From: an uncultured Candidatus Binatia bacterium
Lineage (GTDB): Bacteria; Desulfobacterota; Binatia; UBA9968; JAJDTQ01
Direction of reading: 5' to 3'
DNA length: 64,000 nucleotides
Assembly (NCBI GenBank): GCA_964291295.2
Contig: OZ219754.1
Coordinates: 1,920,001 to 1,984,000, forward strand
The notes under the pieces were generated by a model. It made no database searches. It saw nothing but the letters and a program-made list of their open reading frames with translations, and was not told where the DNA came from. Position numbers and translations under genes: made by a program. The stretch's first letter is position 1. Each line of letters starts with the position of its first letter. Below, one piece after another: positions 26,799 to 36,425 of the stretch.

Positions 26799-27464
26799 GT
26801 GCCCTATTTCGATTTCCTTGCGACCCACGGCTCGCGTCTCGCGGGCGGCGTGGCGGTCACCGCACAGCAGGCCGTGCTGGCGGCGGCGCTGGCCGTTGCC
26901 ATCGCGCTGGTGGTGGGATTGATGCGGCTTTCCGGCAACGCCGCGACGCGCGGCGCCGCCACATGCTACATCGAGTTCTTTCGCGGCACGTCGCTGCTCA
27001 TTCAGCTCTACTGGATCTTCTTCGTCCTGCCCCTGTTCGGGCTCACCCTGGAGAAGTTCACGGCAGGTTTTCTCGCGGTGGGGATGAACCTCGGCGCCTA
27101 CGGCGCGGAGGTGGTGCGCGGTGCCATCCAGGCGGTGCCGCGGGGCCAGTATGAGGCGGCGCTGGCGCTCAACCTGTCGCCCTTCACGCGCATGCGCCGC
27201 ATCATCCTTCCGCAAGCCTTCCTGATCATGCTGCCGCCCTGGGGCAACCTGTTGATCGAGCTCCTCAAGGCGACCGCGCTGGTGGCCCTGATCTCGGTCA
27301 CCGACCTCATGTTTCACGCCAAGCAGATCAACGCCACGACCTTCCTCTCCATCGAGGCCTTCGGCACCGCGCTGGTGCTCTACTACGTCATGGCGCGGCT
27401 GTTGGTCTCGCCCTCCATACGCTGGCTGGAGGCTGCCATGGCGCGCCGGATGGGGCGCACCTGA
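26799..27464 (+). CDS. ehuC: Ectoine ABC transporter permease
   Basis: 'YIEFFRGTSLLIQLYW', 'GAYGAEVVRGAI', 'GNLLIELLKATALV'. Confidence 0.85.
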   Translation: MPYFDFLATHGSRLAGGVAVTAQQAVLAAALAVAIALVVGLMRLSGNAATRGAATCYIEFFRGTSLLIQLYWIFFVLPLFGLTLEKFTAGFLAVGMNLGAYGAEVVRGAIQAVPRGQYEAALALNLSPFTRMRRIILPQAFLIMLPPWGNLLIELLKATALVALISVTDLMFHAKQINATTFLSIEAFGTALVLYYVMARLLVSPSIRWLEAAMARRMGRT

Positions 27465-27472
27465 ACGGGGCC

Positions 27473-28147
27473 GTGATGTTCGACTGGCGTTGGGACTTTG
27501 CGTTCGAGATCCTGCCGCGGCTCCTGTGGGCGACCCTCAACACGCTGATGGCCGCCGGCATCGGCTACGGCATCGCCCTGGTGCTGGGGTTGGCCTTCTG
27601 CCTGGCCCAGCGTACCCGGCGGCGGGCCTTGACCCGGGTCGTGCGCGAGGTCGTCGAGTTCATCCGATCGACCCCTCTCGTGCTGCAGATATTCTTCGTC
27701 TTCTATGTGGGGCCGCAGTTCGGCATTCGGCTGTCACCGTGGACTTCGGGAATGATCGCCATCGGACTGCACTACGCCGCCTATCTTTCGGAGGTCTATC
27801 GGGGCGGGCTCGAGGCCGTGCCCCGGGGGCAATGGGAGGCCTGCCGGGCGCTCCATCTGAGCACCACCCGGACCTATTTCAGGATCATCATTCCGCAGGC
27901 GCTGCCCGCGGCCCTGCCCGGCATGGGCAACTATCTGGTGGGGATCTTCAAGGACACCCCCATGCTGTCGGTCATCGCCGTCACCGAGCTCCTGCAGGCC
28001 GCCAACGCCATCGGCTCGGAGACCTATCGTTTCCTGGAGCCCTATACCATGGTCGGCGTGATCTTCCTGGCGATCTCGCTGCCGGCGGCCGCGGGCCTGC
28101 GGCTGTTCGAGGCCCGGGTGCGCCGGGCCCTGGGGATGGGGCGGTGA
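27473..28147 (+). CDS. ehuD: Ectoine ABC transporter permease
   Basis: 'WRWDFA', 'EFIRSTPL', 'GLHYAAYLSEVYRGG', 'FKDTPMLS'. Confidence 0.85.
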   Translation: MMFDWRWDFAFEILPRLLWATLNTLMAAGIGYGIALVLGLAFCLAQRTRRRALTRVVREVVEFIRSTPLVLQIFFVFYVGPQFGIRLSPWTSGMIAIGLHYAAYLSEVYRGGLEAVPRGQWEACRALHLSTTRTYFRIIIPQALPAALPGMGNYLVGIFKDTPMLSVIAVTELLQAANAIGSETYRFLEPYTMVGVIFLAISLPAAAGLRLFEARVRRALGMGR

Positions 28148-28150
28148 TCG

Positions 28151-29008
28151 ATGACACCGTCTCGCACCGGGCTCCGGGTACCGGCACCGGGAGGCGCCGT
28201 GACTGAGTCCGCCGGTCCCGCGAGCCTCGGCCCCGATGGACCCATGGTGCGCTTCAGCAAGGTGACCAAGTGCTACGGTTCTCTCACCGTGCTGGATGCC
28301 CTGGACCTCGACGTCGAGGCCAACGAGATGGTGTCCATCATCGGGCCGTCCGGTGCGGGCAAGACCAGCGTGCTGCGCATGCTCATGACCCTGGAGGAGA
28401 TCGACGACGGAGTCATCTACGTGCACGGCGAGCCGCTGACGCACATGGAGCGGGACGGCGTCCTGGTAAAGGCCAACGCCGCGCATCTGCGCAAGCACCG
28501 CATCGACATCGGCATGGTGTTCCAGCACTTCAACCTCTTCCCGCACATGACCGCGCTGGAGAACTGCATGGAGGCGCCGGTGCAGGTGCTGGGCCTGCGC
28601 AGGGACGAGGCGGAAGCCAGGGCGGTGGAGTTGCTGGAGATGGTGGGGCTGGAGGACAAGAAGGACCAGCACCCCTCCCGCCTTTCGGGCGGCCAGCAGC
28701 AGCGGGTGGCCATCGCCCGGGCACTGGCCATGCGGCCCAAGGTCATGCTGCTGGACGAGGTGACCTCCGCCCTCGACCCGGAGGTCATCGGCGAGGTCCT
28801 GAACGTCATCCGCCAGCTCAACAGCGAGCACAATCTCACCATGCTGATGGTCACCCACCAGATGGGCTTCGCCCGGGAGATATCCGATCGGGTCTGTTTT
28901 CTCGACGAAGGGAAGATCGCCGAGCAGGGCACCCCCGACGAGATCTTCGGCAACCCGCGGAACGATCGCACCCGGCAGTTCCTCTCCGCCGTGCTCCAGG
29001 CGCGCTGA
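28151..29008 (+). CDS. ehuA: Ectoine ABC transporter ATP-binding protein
   Basis: Walker A 'GPSGAGKT', 'LMTLE', 'LSGGQQQRVAIARALAMRP', 'LDEVTSALDPE'. Start uncertain. Confidence 0.87.
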   Translation: MTPSRTGLRVPAPGGAVTESAGPASLGPDGPMVRFSKVTKCYGSLTVLDALDLDVEANEMVSIIGPSGAGKTSVLRMLMTLEEIDDGVIYVHGEPLTHMERDGVLVKANAAHLRKHRIDIGMVFQHFNLFPHMTALENCMEAPVQVLGLRRDEAEARAVELLEMVGLEDKKDQHPSRLSGGQQQRVAIARALAMRPKVMLLDEVTSALDPEVIGEVLNVIRQLNSEHNLTMLMVTHQMGFAREISDRVCFLDEGKIAEQGTPDEIFGNPRNDRTRQFLSAVLQAR

Positions 29009-29086
29009 GGAAGGCGTGGTCCGCGCCGCTCCCGGAAACCGCCGCGGGGGTCGCGCGGTGCGGACCGACCTGCCGCCGCCGTTGCC

Positions 29087-29911
29087 TCAGGTCCGTCTCT
29101 TCAGGTTCTCGTTGAGGGAGCCGGTGCGGTAGCCCTGCAGATCGAGGCTGATCCAGGTGAAGCCGGCTTCCTTGAAGCGCTTGAGGATCGCCTCGCGGAC
29201 GTTTGCCTGGAGCAGCCTGTGCATCTCCTCCGGAGCGACCTCGATGCGCGCCAGCTCGTCGTGATAGCGCACCCGGTACACCCGGAAGCCGAGTTCCCGC
29301 AGCACCCGTTCGCAACGGTGCACCTGGGCGAGCCTCTCCGGGGTGATGGCGGTGCCGTGGGGAAACCGGCTGGAGAGGCACGCCAGCGCCGGCTTGTTCC
29401 AGACCGGCAGGCCCCGGTGCCGGGCCGCCTCGCGAATGTCGGCCTTGGTGAAGCCCAGTTCGTCCAGCGGCGAGCGGACGCCGCGCTCGCGGGCGGCCTG
29501 GCGTCCGGGCCGGTGGTCGCCGCGGTCGTCGCGGTTGAAGCCGTCCAGCACGTTGGCCACGCCCAGGGCTGCGGCCTGTGCGATGGCCTTGCCGTAGAGT
29601 TCGGTCTTGCAGAAGTAGCAGCGGTTGACGGGATTGGCGGCGTAGCGGGGGTCGTCGAGTTCGCCGGTGTCCACCAGGAGATGCCGGGCGCCGATGCTCT
29701 CGGCCAGGCGCCGGGCGTCGGCGCCCTCCTCGGGCGCGAGGCTGGGAGAGACCGCGGTCAGCGCCAGGGCGTTGCCCCCGAGGACGTCCGCAGCCTCGGC
29801 CAGCAGGTAGCCCGAATCGACCCCGCCGGAGAAACAGACCACCACGTGTTCCATCTCCCTCAGCAGGGTCCGGAGTCCGGCCACCTTCCGGGTCAGCCCA
29901 ATGTGCGTCAC
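29087..29911 (-). CDS. larE: ATP-dependent sulfur insertase LarE
   Basis: PP-loop 'FSGGVDS', 'NRCYFCK', 'DDRGDHRPG', 'ACLSSRFP', 'RVRYH', 'DLQGYRTGSLN'. 274 aa from GTG 29911, which overlaps the GST stop (GTGA). Confidence 0.92.
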   Translation of the reverse strand: MTHIGLTRKVAGLRTLLREMEHVVVCFSGGVDSGYLLAEAADVLGGNALALTAVSPSLAPEEGADARRLAESIGARHLLVDTGELDDPRYAANPVNRCYFCKTELYGKAIAQAAALGVANVLDGFNRDDRGDHRPGRQAARERGVRSPLDELGFTKADIREAARHRGLPVWNKPALACLSSRFPHGTAITPERLAQVHRCERVLRELGFRVYRVRYHDELARIEVAPEEMHRLLQANVREAILKRFKEAGFTWISLDLQGYRTGSLNENLKRRT

Positions 29912-30471
29912 GGCGTCGCCTTGACCTTCGGGCGTTCCAGCAGCGAGTCCCGCCAGCGCTTCAGGTTCGGCAGGTCGTCGCTGATGGATGCCTGATAGGC
30001 GTTCTGCCGGGTAAAGAACGGGATATAGGTGATGTCCGCCAGCGAATAGTCGCCGACCATGAAGTCCCGGCCGGCCATCCGCCGGTCCAGTGTCTCCATG
30101 TGCTCCACCAGCCGCTTCTTGTTTTTCTCCACCTCGTGGTCGTGCCGGATGTTGCCGGCGGCGGCCTGGAGCCGGGTGTTGCAGAAGTCGATCCAGATAC
30201 GCACCTCGGCGCGCCGGGCGAAATCCCCTGGCATCAGCGGCACTTCGGGAAACTTCTCGTCCAGATACTCGTTGATGACGGCCGACTCGTAGATCACGGT
30301 GTCGCCGTCCACCAGCACCGGCACCTTGCCGTAGGGGTTGAGCGTGACAAGCTCCTCGGACTTGTTGCGGAGGTCGCACTCCACCAGCTCGTAGGGGATA
30401 TCCTTCTCTGCCAGGACAAGCCTTGTCCTGTGGGCATAGGGTCAAGGGCCGTAAGACAGCAGTCGCAGCAT
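29908..30471 (-). CDS. Selenocysteine-containing glutathione S-transferase (omega/SspA-like), 187 aa with Sec at codon 10
   Basis: RBS AAGGAGG then ATG 30471 reads MLRLLSYGP-TGA-PYAHRTRLVLAEKDIPYE, in frame with the GST body ('NPYGKVPVL', 'ESAVINEYLDE', 'YSLADI'). The TGA occupies the C of the CPYA/CPFA motif. Confidence 0.88.
30409..30436 (-). promoter_or_regulatory. Bacterial SECIS-like hairpin in the GST mRNA
   Basis: The mRNA reads UGA-CCCUAUGCCCA-CAGGACAA-GGC-UUGUCCUG-GCA: a perfect 8-bp stem with a G-first apical loop 19 nt after the UGA, plus a lower UGC/GCA pairing. Confidence 0.8.
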
Positions 30472-30546
30472 GTCGTCCTCCTTCCGAAACTGCCGGCGGA
30501 CGTCCCGGGCTCCGCGCGGCAAAATCCTGGGTCATGAGGGGCGGCC

Positions 30547-30933
30547 CTAAGCGATGAGGGGCGGCCTTACCGGCGTGTGGCTGGGCCGCTTCGGCACCCG
30601 CGTGCGCGGCTTGCCGTCAACCTGCGAGTTGCCCGCTCCGAACAGCAGCAGCCGCCCTTCTCCGGTGTTGCAAAGCTGATACGGCCTGCCGGATTCCAGC
30701 AGGATGGTGTCGTGGGGCTTCAGGACGTACGCATTCTCCGGGGTCCGCACCGTGCACTCCCCCTCGAGGACCATGAAGATGTGGTCGTCGTTCTCATGGT
30801 AGTGCATGTCGTCCTGCATGTTCTCTTCGCAGTTGATGGTCCAGAAATAGGTCAGGTCCGTGCGCCACAACGAAAGATGGCGAACATCCGGGTTCGCCTT
30901 GGCCTCCCTGATGGGATTTTTCACCTCGTACAT
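30547..30933 (-). CDS. Small cupin domain protein
   Basis: 'MHYHENDDHIFMVLEGEC' and 'LKPHDTILL...YQLCNTG'. RBS AGGAGG. Confidence 0.8.
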   Translation of the reverse strand: MYEVKNPIREAKANPDVRHLSLWRTDLTYFWTINCEENMQDDMHYHENDDHIFMVLEGECTVRTPENAYVLKPHDTILLESGRPYQLCNTGEGRLLLFGAGNSQVDGKPRTRVPKRPSHTPVRPPLIA

Positions 30934-30959
30934 GGACGTTCCCTCCTGGTGCCTGGCGG

Positions 30960-31202
30960 CTACGCCACCAGCTTTCCGTGAGTACCGTCGCACCAGGGCC
31001 GGGTCTTCGACCGCCAGCACGCGCAGATGGCCATGGTCCGGGGCTCGTCCACGGTGATCTCGCGGGGCGTGATGGACGTTGCCTTGTGCGACCCGTCGCA
31101 GAACGGAAAGTTCCCGGTCCGCCCGCACATGCAGTAGAACCGGCTCCGGGACTCCTGCCGCACGATCACCGGCTCGATCAGATCATCGTAAGCCAAGCCC
31201 AT
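30960..31202 (-). CDS. Tandem CDGSH iron-sulfur (NEET, MiNT-like) protein
   Basis: Two motifs in 80 aa: 'CMCGRTGNFPFCDGSH' and 'CACWRSKTRPWCDGTH'. Confidence 0.92.
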   Translation of the reverse strand: MGLAYDDLIEPVIVRQESRSRFYCMCGRTGNFPFCDGSHKATSITPREITVDEPRTMAICACWRSKTRPWCDGTHGKLVA

Positions 31203-31643
31203 TGGGAACTCCCTTCCGTGTCCCTTCTTCCCTTCGGTGTCTTCTCCGGGCGGGCCGGGGCGAGCGGGGCGGTGCCGTCCACCACCGGAATCCGCCGCAT
31301 CCGATGCTCCGGAATATACTCCAGTTGGCCGCTCATGGCCAGACGACGGCCCCGTTCGGTCCGCCGGGCGCCGCCGCGCAGACCGGCGATGTGAGGACGG
31401 CGGTGCTCTGCCTTGGGTCGAGCGGCTCATGGCGGACGATGGCGGCATTGGCAAGACCATCCAGGCCAGCCTTGTTGCGCAGGAAAGCCGGAACGACCAT
31501 GGGCGCCGCCCCGGCCTTCGCGTCGAAACGGCGGGAGACGGAGAGGGCGGGCCGCTTCGCCCCCCCCTTTGCATGGTCCTCGACCGCGCCTTCGACGTCG
31601 GCCCGCGGTGTCGCCCGTGGCCGCTTTCGTCCGCCCCGGTCAG

Positions 31644-31672
31644 TTGACACCCTCCGGTCCGTATACTAGGCT
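31644..31672 (+). promoter_or_regulatory. Putative sigma-70 promoter of the nuo operon
   Basis: TTGACA-N17-TAGGCT, 54 nt upstream of nuoA. Confidence 0.6.
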
Positions 31673-31726
31673 CCGCTTCCAGCCTCCGCATGACTCTCCT
31701 GACAAGAACGTGCGCGGCGATGCATC

Positions 31727-32128
31727 ATGGGTAGCGAGACGCTCTGGCCGCTGGGTCTGTATTTTCTGATTGCTCTGGTGGTGGCCGGAAGCATGATCGG
31801 ACTGTCGTTCGTCCTCGGGGAACGGCATTCGGACCGTGCCACCGGGCAACCTTACGAGTCGGGCATCGTCTCCACCGGTTCGGCCCGGGTGCGGCTGTCG
31901 GTCAAGTTCTACATCGTCGCGATGCTGTTCGTGATCTTCGATCTCGAAGCGGTCTTCATCTTCGCCTACGCCGTGGCCCACGAAGAGGTGGGGTGGGTCG
32001 GATACGCGGGTCTGGTGGTGTTCGTCGCGGTGCTGGGGGTGGCGCTGATCTACGAATACCGCATGGGCGCGTTGGACTGGGAGCCGGTCCGGCTCAGAAT
32101 GGCCAGGGCCGGCAGGGAGAAAGGATAG
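31727..32128 (+). CDS. nuoA: NADH-quinone oxidoreductase subunit A
   Basis: 'PYESGI', 'KFYIVAMLFVIFDLE', 'GALDW'. Confidence 0.96.
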   Translation: MGSETLWPLGLYFLIALVVAGSMIGLSFVLGERHSDRATGQPYESGIVSTGSARVRLSVKFYIVAMLFVIFDLEAVFIFAYAVAHEEVGWVGYAGLVVFVAVLGVALIYEYRMGALDWEPVRLRMARAGREKG

Positions 32129-32137
32129 AGGGTTCCC

Positions 32138-32767
32138 ATGCAATGGTCGTTGTCCACACCCCGGCAGGCCATGCCGGGAAAGGGCGGCTTCGAAGACGCC
32201 CTGCGGCGTCTTCTGGTCATGGCCCGCCTGGAGGATCTGGTCCGATGGGGGCGCAAGAACTCCATCTGGCCGTTCCATTTCGGGTTGTCCTGCTGTTTCG
32301 TGGAGATGGCCACAAGCCTCACCAGCAAGTTCGACGTGGCCCGCTTCGGTGCCGAAGTCATCCGCGGCACGCCCCGGGAGGCCGACGTCATCGTCATTGC
32401 CGGGACCCCTTTCATCAAGATGGCGCCCGTCGTGCGGCGGCTCTACGAGCAGATGATGGAGCCCCGCTGGGTCATCTCCATGGGGGCCTGTGCCAACTCC
32501 GGCGGCATGTACGACATCTACAGCGTGGTCCAGGGGGTGGACAAGATCCTGCCCGTGGACGTGTACGTCCCCGGCTGCCCGCCCAGTCCCTGGGCCTTTC
32601 TGGAGGCGTTGACGCTGCTCCAGAAGGCCGTGGGCAACGAGCGCCGGCCGCTGAGCTGGATGGTGGGTCCCCAGGGCGTGGAGAAGGGGCCGATGCCGGC
32701 GATGCGTGACGTGAAGCGGCCCGACCGCATTCGCGCCACCAGTCTGCGTTCCCCGGACGAAGTATAG
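32138..32767 (+). CDS. nuoB: NADH-quinone oxidoreductase subunit B
   Basis: 'GLSCCFVEM', 'GACANSGG', 'VPGCPP'. Confidence 0.97.
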   Translation: MQWSLSTPRQAMPGKGGFEDALRRLLVMARLEDLVRWGRKNSIWPFHFGLSCCFVEMATSLTSKFDVARFGAEVIRGTPREADVIVIAGTPFIKMAPVVRRLYEQMMEPRWVISMGACANSGGMYDIYSVVQGVDKILPVDVYVPGCPPSPWAFLEALTLLQKAVGNERRPLSWMVGPQGVEKGPMPAMRDVKRPDRIRATSLRSPDEV

Positions 32768-32865
32768 CCTGGCGTCGCGATGAACGGAGCTTGTCGTCCT
32801 TCAGCCTGGATCCGCGCCTTGATGCGGCGCACCGTTGGACAGGAACGGCGCAACGGGTGCGGCTC

Positions 32866-34614
32866 ATGAGTGACCCGCCCGCGGTGGTGACCGAGCTCGA
32901 AGGCCGCTTCGGCGCCGCCGCCTTTCGGGCGCAGGAGACCCGGTGCGGTTTCCCGACCCTGTGGACGTCCAGGGAACATCTGCCCGCGGTGCTCCGGTTC
33001 CTCAAGGCCGAGGTGGACCGCCCCTTCGGCACGCTGTACGATCTCACGGCCATTGACGAACGCTTCCGCAGGCAGCGGGACGGCCAGCCCGACAGCGAAT
33101 TCACCGTTCTCTACCACCTGCTCTCCTACGGGCGGAACCAGGACATCTGCATCAAGGTGCCGGTGGATGACGGCAATGCCTCGCTGCCCACCGCCACCGG
33201 CCTGTGGCCTTCGGCCAACTGGTACGAGCGCGAGGTCTGGGACATGTTCGGCGTCCGCTTCGACGGCCATCCCTCGTTGCGCCGCATCCTCATGCCGCTC
33301 ACCTGGGAAGGCCATCCGCTCCGCAAGGAGCACCCCGCCCGGGCTACCGAGATGGGTCCGTTCCAGTTGCCCGACGACCGCCAGGACCGGGAGCAGGAGG
33401 CGCTCCGGTTCCGTCCCGAGGACTGGGGCCTGAAGCGCAGCCACGACGGCACGGACTTCATGTTCCTCAACGTCGGGCCCCAGCATCCCGGCACGCACGG
33501 CGTCATTCGCATCGTCCTGCAGCTCGACGGCGAGGAGATCGTCGATTGTCTGCCCGAGATCGGCTTCCACCACCGCGGCGCGGAAAAGATGGGGGAACGG
33601 CAGTCCTGGCACTCCTTCATTCCCTACACCGACCGCATCGACTACCTGGGCGGGGTCATGAACAATCTCGCCTATGTCCTCTCGGTGGAGCAGCTTGCCG
33701 GCATCCACGTGCCCGACCGCGCCCAGGTGATCCGGGTGATGATGTCCGAGTTTTTCCGCATCGCCAGCCACTTGGTGTGGTACGGCACTTTTGCCCAGGA
33801 CGTCGGTTCCCTGTCCACCGTCTTCTACACCTTCAACGACCGCGAGCGCATCTTCGACATCGTGCAGGCGGTGTGCGGCGGTCGCATGCATCCAAGCTGG
33901 TTCCGCATCGGCGGCGTGGCCCAGGATCTCCCCAAGGGCTGGCAGGCCATGGTGCGCGACTTCGTCGACTATCTGCCGGACCGGCTGGTGGAGTACGACA
34001 GGATCGTGATGCAGAACCGCCTGTTCAAGGCGCGTACCCAGGGCATCGGCGCCTACAGCCTGGAGGAGGCCATCGACTGGGGGGTGACCGGGCCGGGGCT
34101 CCGGGCCTGCGGTTTCGACTGGGACTTCCGCAAGAAGCGGCCGTACTCGGGATACGACCAGTTCGACTTCGACGTGCCGGTTGCCGGCAAGGGCGACTGC
34201 TACGACCGCGCGGTGGTGCGCATCGAGGAAATGCGCCAGAGCCTCCGGATCATTGACCAGTGCCTCAAGAACATGCCGCCGGGGCACTACAAGTCGGATC
34301 ATCCGCTGACCACGCCGCCGCGGAAGGAGCGCACGATGCACGACATCGAGACGCTCATCAACCATTTCCTGAGCGTGAGCTGGGGGCCGGTGATGCCGGC
34401 CGGGGAGTCCTTCATGGGCATCGAGGCCACCAAGGGCAACAACGGCTACCGGCTGGTGAGCGACGGCGGCACCATCCCCTATCGGGTGCGCATCCGGACG
34501 CCGTCCTTTGCCCACATGCAGATGGTGCCGCTCATGAGCCGGGGCGTCATGGTGCCGGACCTGCTGGCGATACTGGGAAGCATCGACTTCGTGCTGGCGG
34601 ACATCGATCGTTGA
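32866..34614 (+). CDS. nuoC: NADH-quinone oxidoreductase fused subunit C/D
   Basis: '[11 protein letters not shown]' and 'GHPLRK' (NuoC) followed in frame by '[11 protein letters not shown]', 'RIDYL', 'DFVLADIDR' (NuoD). Confidence 0.96.
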   Translation: MSDPPAVVTELEGRFGAAAFRAQETRCGFPTLWTSREHLPAVLRFLKAEVDRPFGTLYDLTAIDERFRRQRDGQPDSEFTVLYHLLSYGRNQDICIKVPVDDGNASLPTATGLWPSANWYEREVWDMFGVRFDGHPSLRRILMPLTWEGHPLRKEHPARATEMGPFQLPDDRQDREQEALRFRPEDWGLKRSHDGTDFMFLNVGPQHPGTHGVIRIVLQLDGEEIVDCLPEIGFHHRGAEKMGERQSWHSFIPYTDRIDYLGGVMNNLAYVLSVEQLAGIHVPDRAQVIRVMMSEFFRIASHLVWYGTFAQDVGSLSTVFYTFNDRERIFDIVQAVCGGRMHPSWFRIGGVAQDLPKGWQAMVRDFVDYLPDRLVEYDRIVMQNRLFKARTQGIGAYSLEEAIDWGVTGPGLRACGFDWDFRKKRPYSGYDQFDFDVPVAGKGDCYDRAVVRIEEMRQSLRIIDQCLKNMPPGHYKSDHPLTTPPRKERTMHDIETLINHFLSVSWGPVMPAGESFMGIEATKGNNGYRLVSDGGTIPYRVRIRTPSFAHMQMVPLMSRGVMVPDLLAILGSIDFVLADIDR

Positions 34615-34645
34615 GAGGGCGGGCGCGGGTGACGACGAGGTTTCC

Positions 34646-35125
34646 ATGCTGACGGAACAGGAGCGCGACAGAATCAGCCGGGAGGCGGCTCACTACGACC
34701 ATCCGCAGGCCGCCTGCGTGGAGGCGCTGAAGATCGTCCAGGAGACGCACCGCTGGGTGTCGGACGAGCACCTGAAGGAGGTCGCCGAGCTGCTCGACAT
34801 GAGCCCGGCGGCCCTGGACAGCGTGGCCACGTTCTACAACCTCATCTTCCGCAAGCCGGTGGGTGAGAACGTCATTCTGCTGTGCGACAGCGTCAGTTGC
34901 TGGATCATGGGCTGCGACAGCATCTGCGCCCATCTCCGGACGCGTCTCGGGGTGGAACCGGGCGAGACCACCGCCGACGGCAGGTTCACCCTGCTTCCCA
35001 TGGCCTGTCTCGGCACCTGCGACCGGGCCCCGGCCATGATGGTGGGGGGCGACCTGCACCGCAACCTCGACAACGGCAAGGTGGACGAGATACTCGACCG
35101 CTACCGTCGCCCGCCGGAGGCTTGA
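34646..35125 (+). CDS. nuoE: NADH-quinone oxidoreductase subunit E
   Basis: 'VATFY', 'CDSVSC', 'CLGTC'. Confidence 0.96.
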   Translation: MLTEQERDRISREAAHYDHPQAACVEALKIVQETHRWVSDEHLKEVAELLDMSPAALDSVATFYNLIFRKPVGENVILLCDSVSCWIMGCDSICAHLRTRLGVEPGETTADGRFTLLPMACLGTCDRAPAMMVGGDLHRNLDNGKVDEILDRYRRPPEA

Positions 35126-35134
35126 GGCGGACTC

Positions 35135-36421
35135 ATGGCGAACGGATCCTCCATGGACAGACCCCTGACCGGGGATCTGCGGTCGGACGGCGGCGTGCTG
35201 GGGCTGGCGGACTACGAGAAGGTGGGCGGATACGCGGCGTTGCGCCGGGTGCTCAAGGAGATGAGTCCGGCGGATGTCCAGAAGGAGGTTACGGACTCCC
35301 GGCTGCGGGGTCGCGGCGGCGCCGGATTTCCCACCGGTCAGAAATGGAGCTTCGTGCCCATGGGCGACGACGCGCCGACGCCCAAGTATCTCGTGGCCAA
35401 CGCGGACGAGATGGAGCCCGGGACCTTCAAGGACCGCATGATCCTGGAAGGGAACCCGCATCTTCTCATTGAGGGGATGATTCTTTCGGCCTATGCCATC
35501 CAGGCCACCCACGGCTACATCTTCCTTCGCTGGGCCTACAAGGTGGCGGCCGAGCGCATCCAGCGGGCCCTGGACGAGGCTCGCGGCAAGGGCTGGCTGG
35601 GCCGGAACATCCTGGGTTCCGGCTTCAGCTTCGAACTGCACCTGCACACCAGCGCCGGCCGCTACATGTGCGGCGAGGAGACCGGTCTGCTCAACGCGCT
35701 GGAAGGCAGGCGCGCCAATCCCCGGGCCAAGCCGCCGTTTCCCCAGGTGAGCGGACTGTGGGGCAAGCCCACCATCGTCCAGAACGTCGAGACCCTGTGC
35801 AACGTCGCCCCGATCCTCCGCAACGGCGCCCAGTGGTACCTGGGGCTCAGCCGCAGCGAGGACGGCGGCACCAAGCTCTACGGTGCCAGCGGCCGGGTGC
35901 GGCGGCCCGGAGCCTGGGAACTGCCCCTGGGCACCACCATGCGGGAGATCCTGGAGCGGCGCGCCCGTGGCATGCAGGAGGGCTACCGGTTCCGCGGTGT
36001 CCTCCCCGGCGGCGCCTCCACCGACTTCCTGGTGGAGGCGCATCTGGACACGAAGATGGACTATGGCTCGGTGCAGGCGGCGGGCAGCCGGCTGGGCACC
36101 GGCCTGATGATCGTTCTGGACGACAGGACCTCGGTGGTGGGCATGGTGCTGAACCTGGAGCGTTTCTTTGCCCAGGAATCCTGCGGCTGGTGCACGCCCT
36201 GCCGCGACGGTCTGCCCTGGACGGCGCGGATTCTCCAGGGGCTGCTGGAGGGGCGGGGGCGCCCCGGCGACCTGGAGCGGCTGGAGATGCAGACCCGGAT
36301 GATGGGACCCGGCAATACCTTCTGCGCCCTGGCACCGGGCGCCATGGAGCCGTTGCAGAGCGCGCTCAAGTATTTCCGCGAAGATTTCGAAAAGCTCATA
36401 CCCAGGAGCGACGCAGCGTAA
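35135..36421 (+). CDS. nuoF: NADH-quinone oxidoreductase subunit F
   Basis: 'LRGRGGAGFPTG', 'NADEMEPG', 'CGEET', 'ESCGWCTPC'. Confidence 0.97.
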   Translation: MANGSSMDRPLTGDLRSDGGVLGLADYEKVGGYAALRRVLKEMSPADVQKEVTDSRLRGRGGAGFPTGQKWSFVPMGDDAPTPKYLVANADEMEPGTFKDRMILEGNPHLLIEGMILSAYAIQATHGYIFLRWAYKVAAERIQRALDEARGKGWLGRNILGSGFSFELHLHTSAGRYMCGEETGLLNALEGRRANPRAKPPFPQVSGLWGKPTIVQNVETLCNVAPILRNGAQWYLGLSRSEDGGTKLYGASGRVRRPGAWELPLGTTMREILERRARGMQEGYRFRGVLPGGASTDFLVEAHLDTKMDYGSVQAAGSRLGTGLMIVLDDRTSVVGMVLNLERFFAQESCGWCTPCRDGLPWTARILQGLLEGRGRPGDLERLEMQTRMMGPGNTFCALAPGAMEPLQSALKYFREDFEKLIPRSDAA

Positions 36422-36425
36422 CATC

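Noticed and set aside
29908-30471. GST as a pseudogene with a premature stop
   Set aside because: The stop coincides with the catalytic Cys position and is followed by a SECIS-like hairpin; the RBS and the rest of the gene are intact.
29087-30535. 482-aa LarE with a long N-terminal extension, or a GST-LarE fusion
   Set aside because: The extension overlaps the GST in a different frame. LarE homology starts at GTG 29911.
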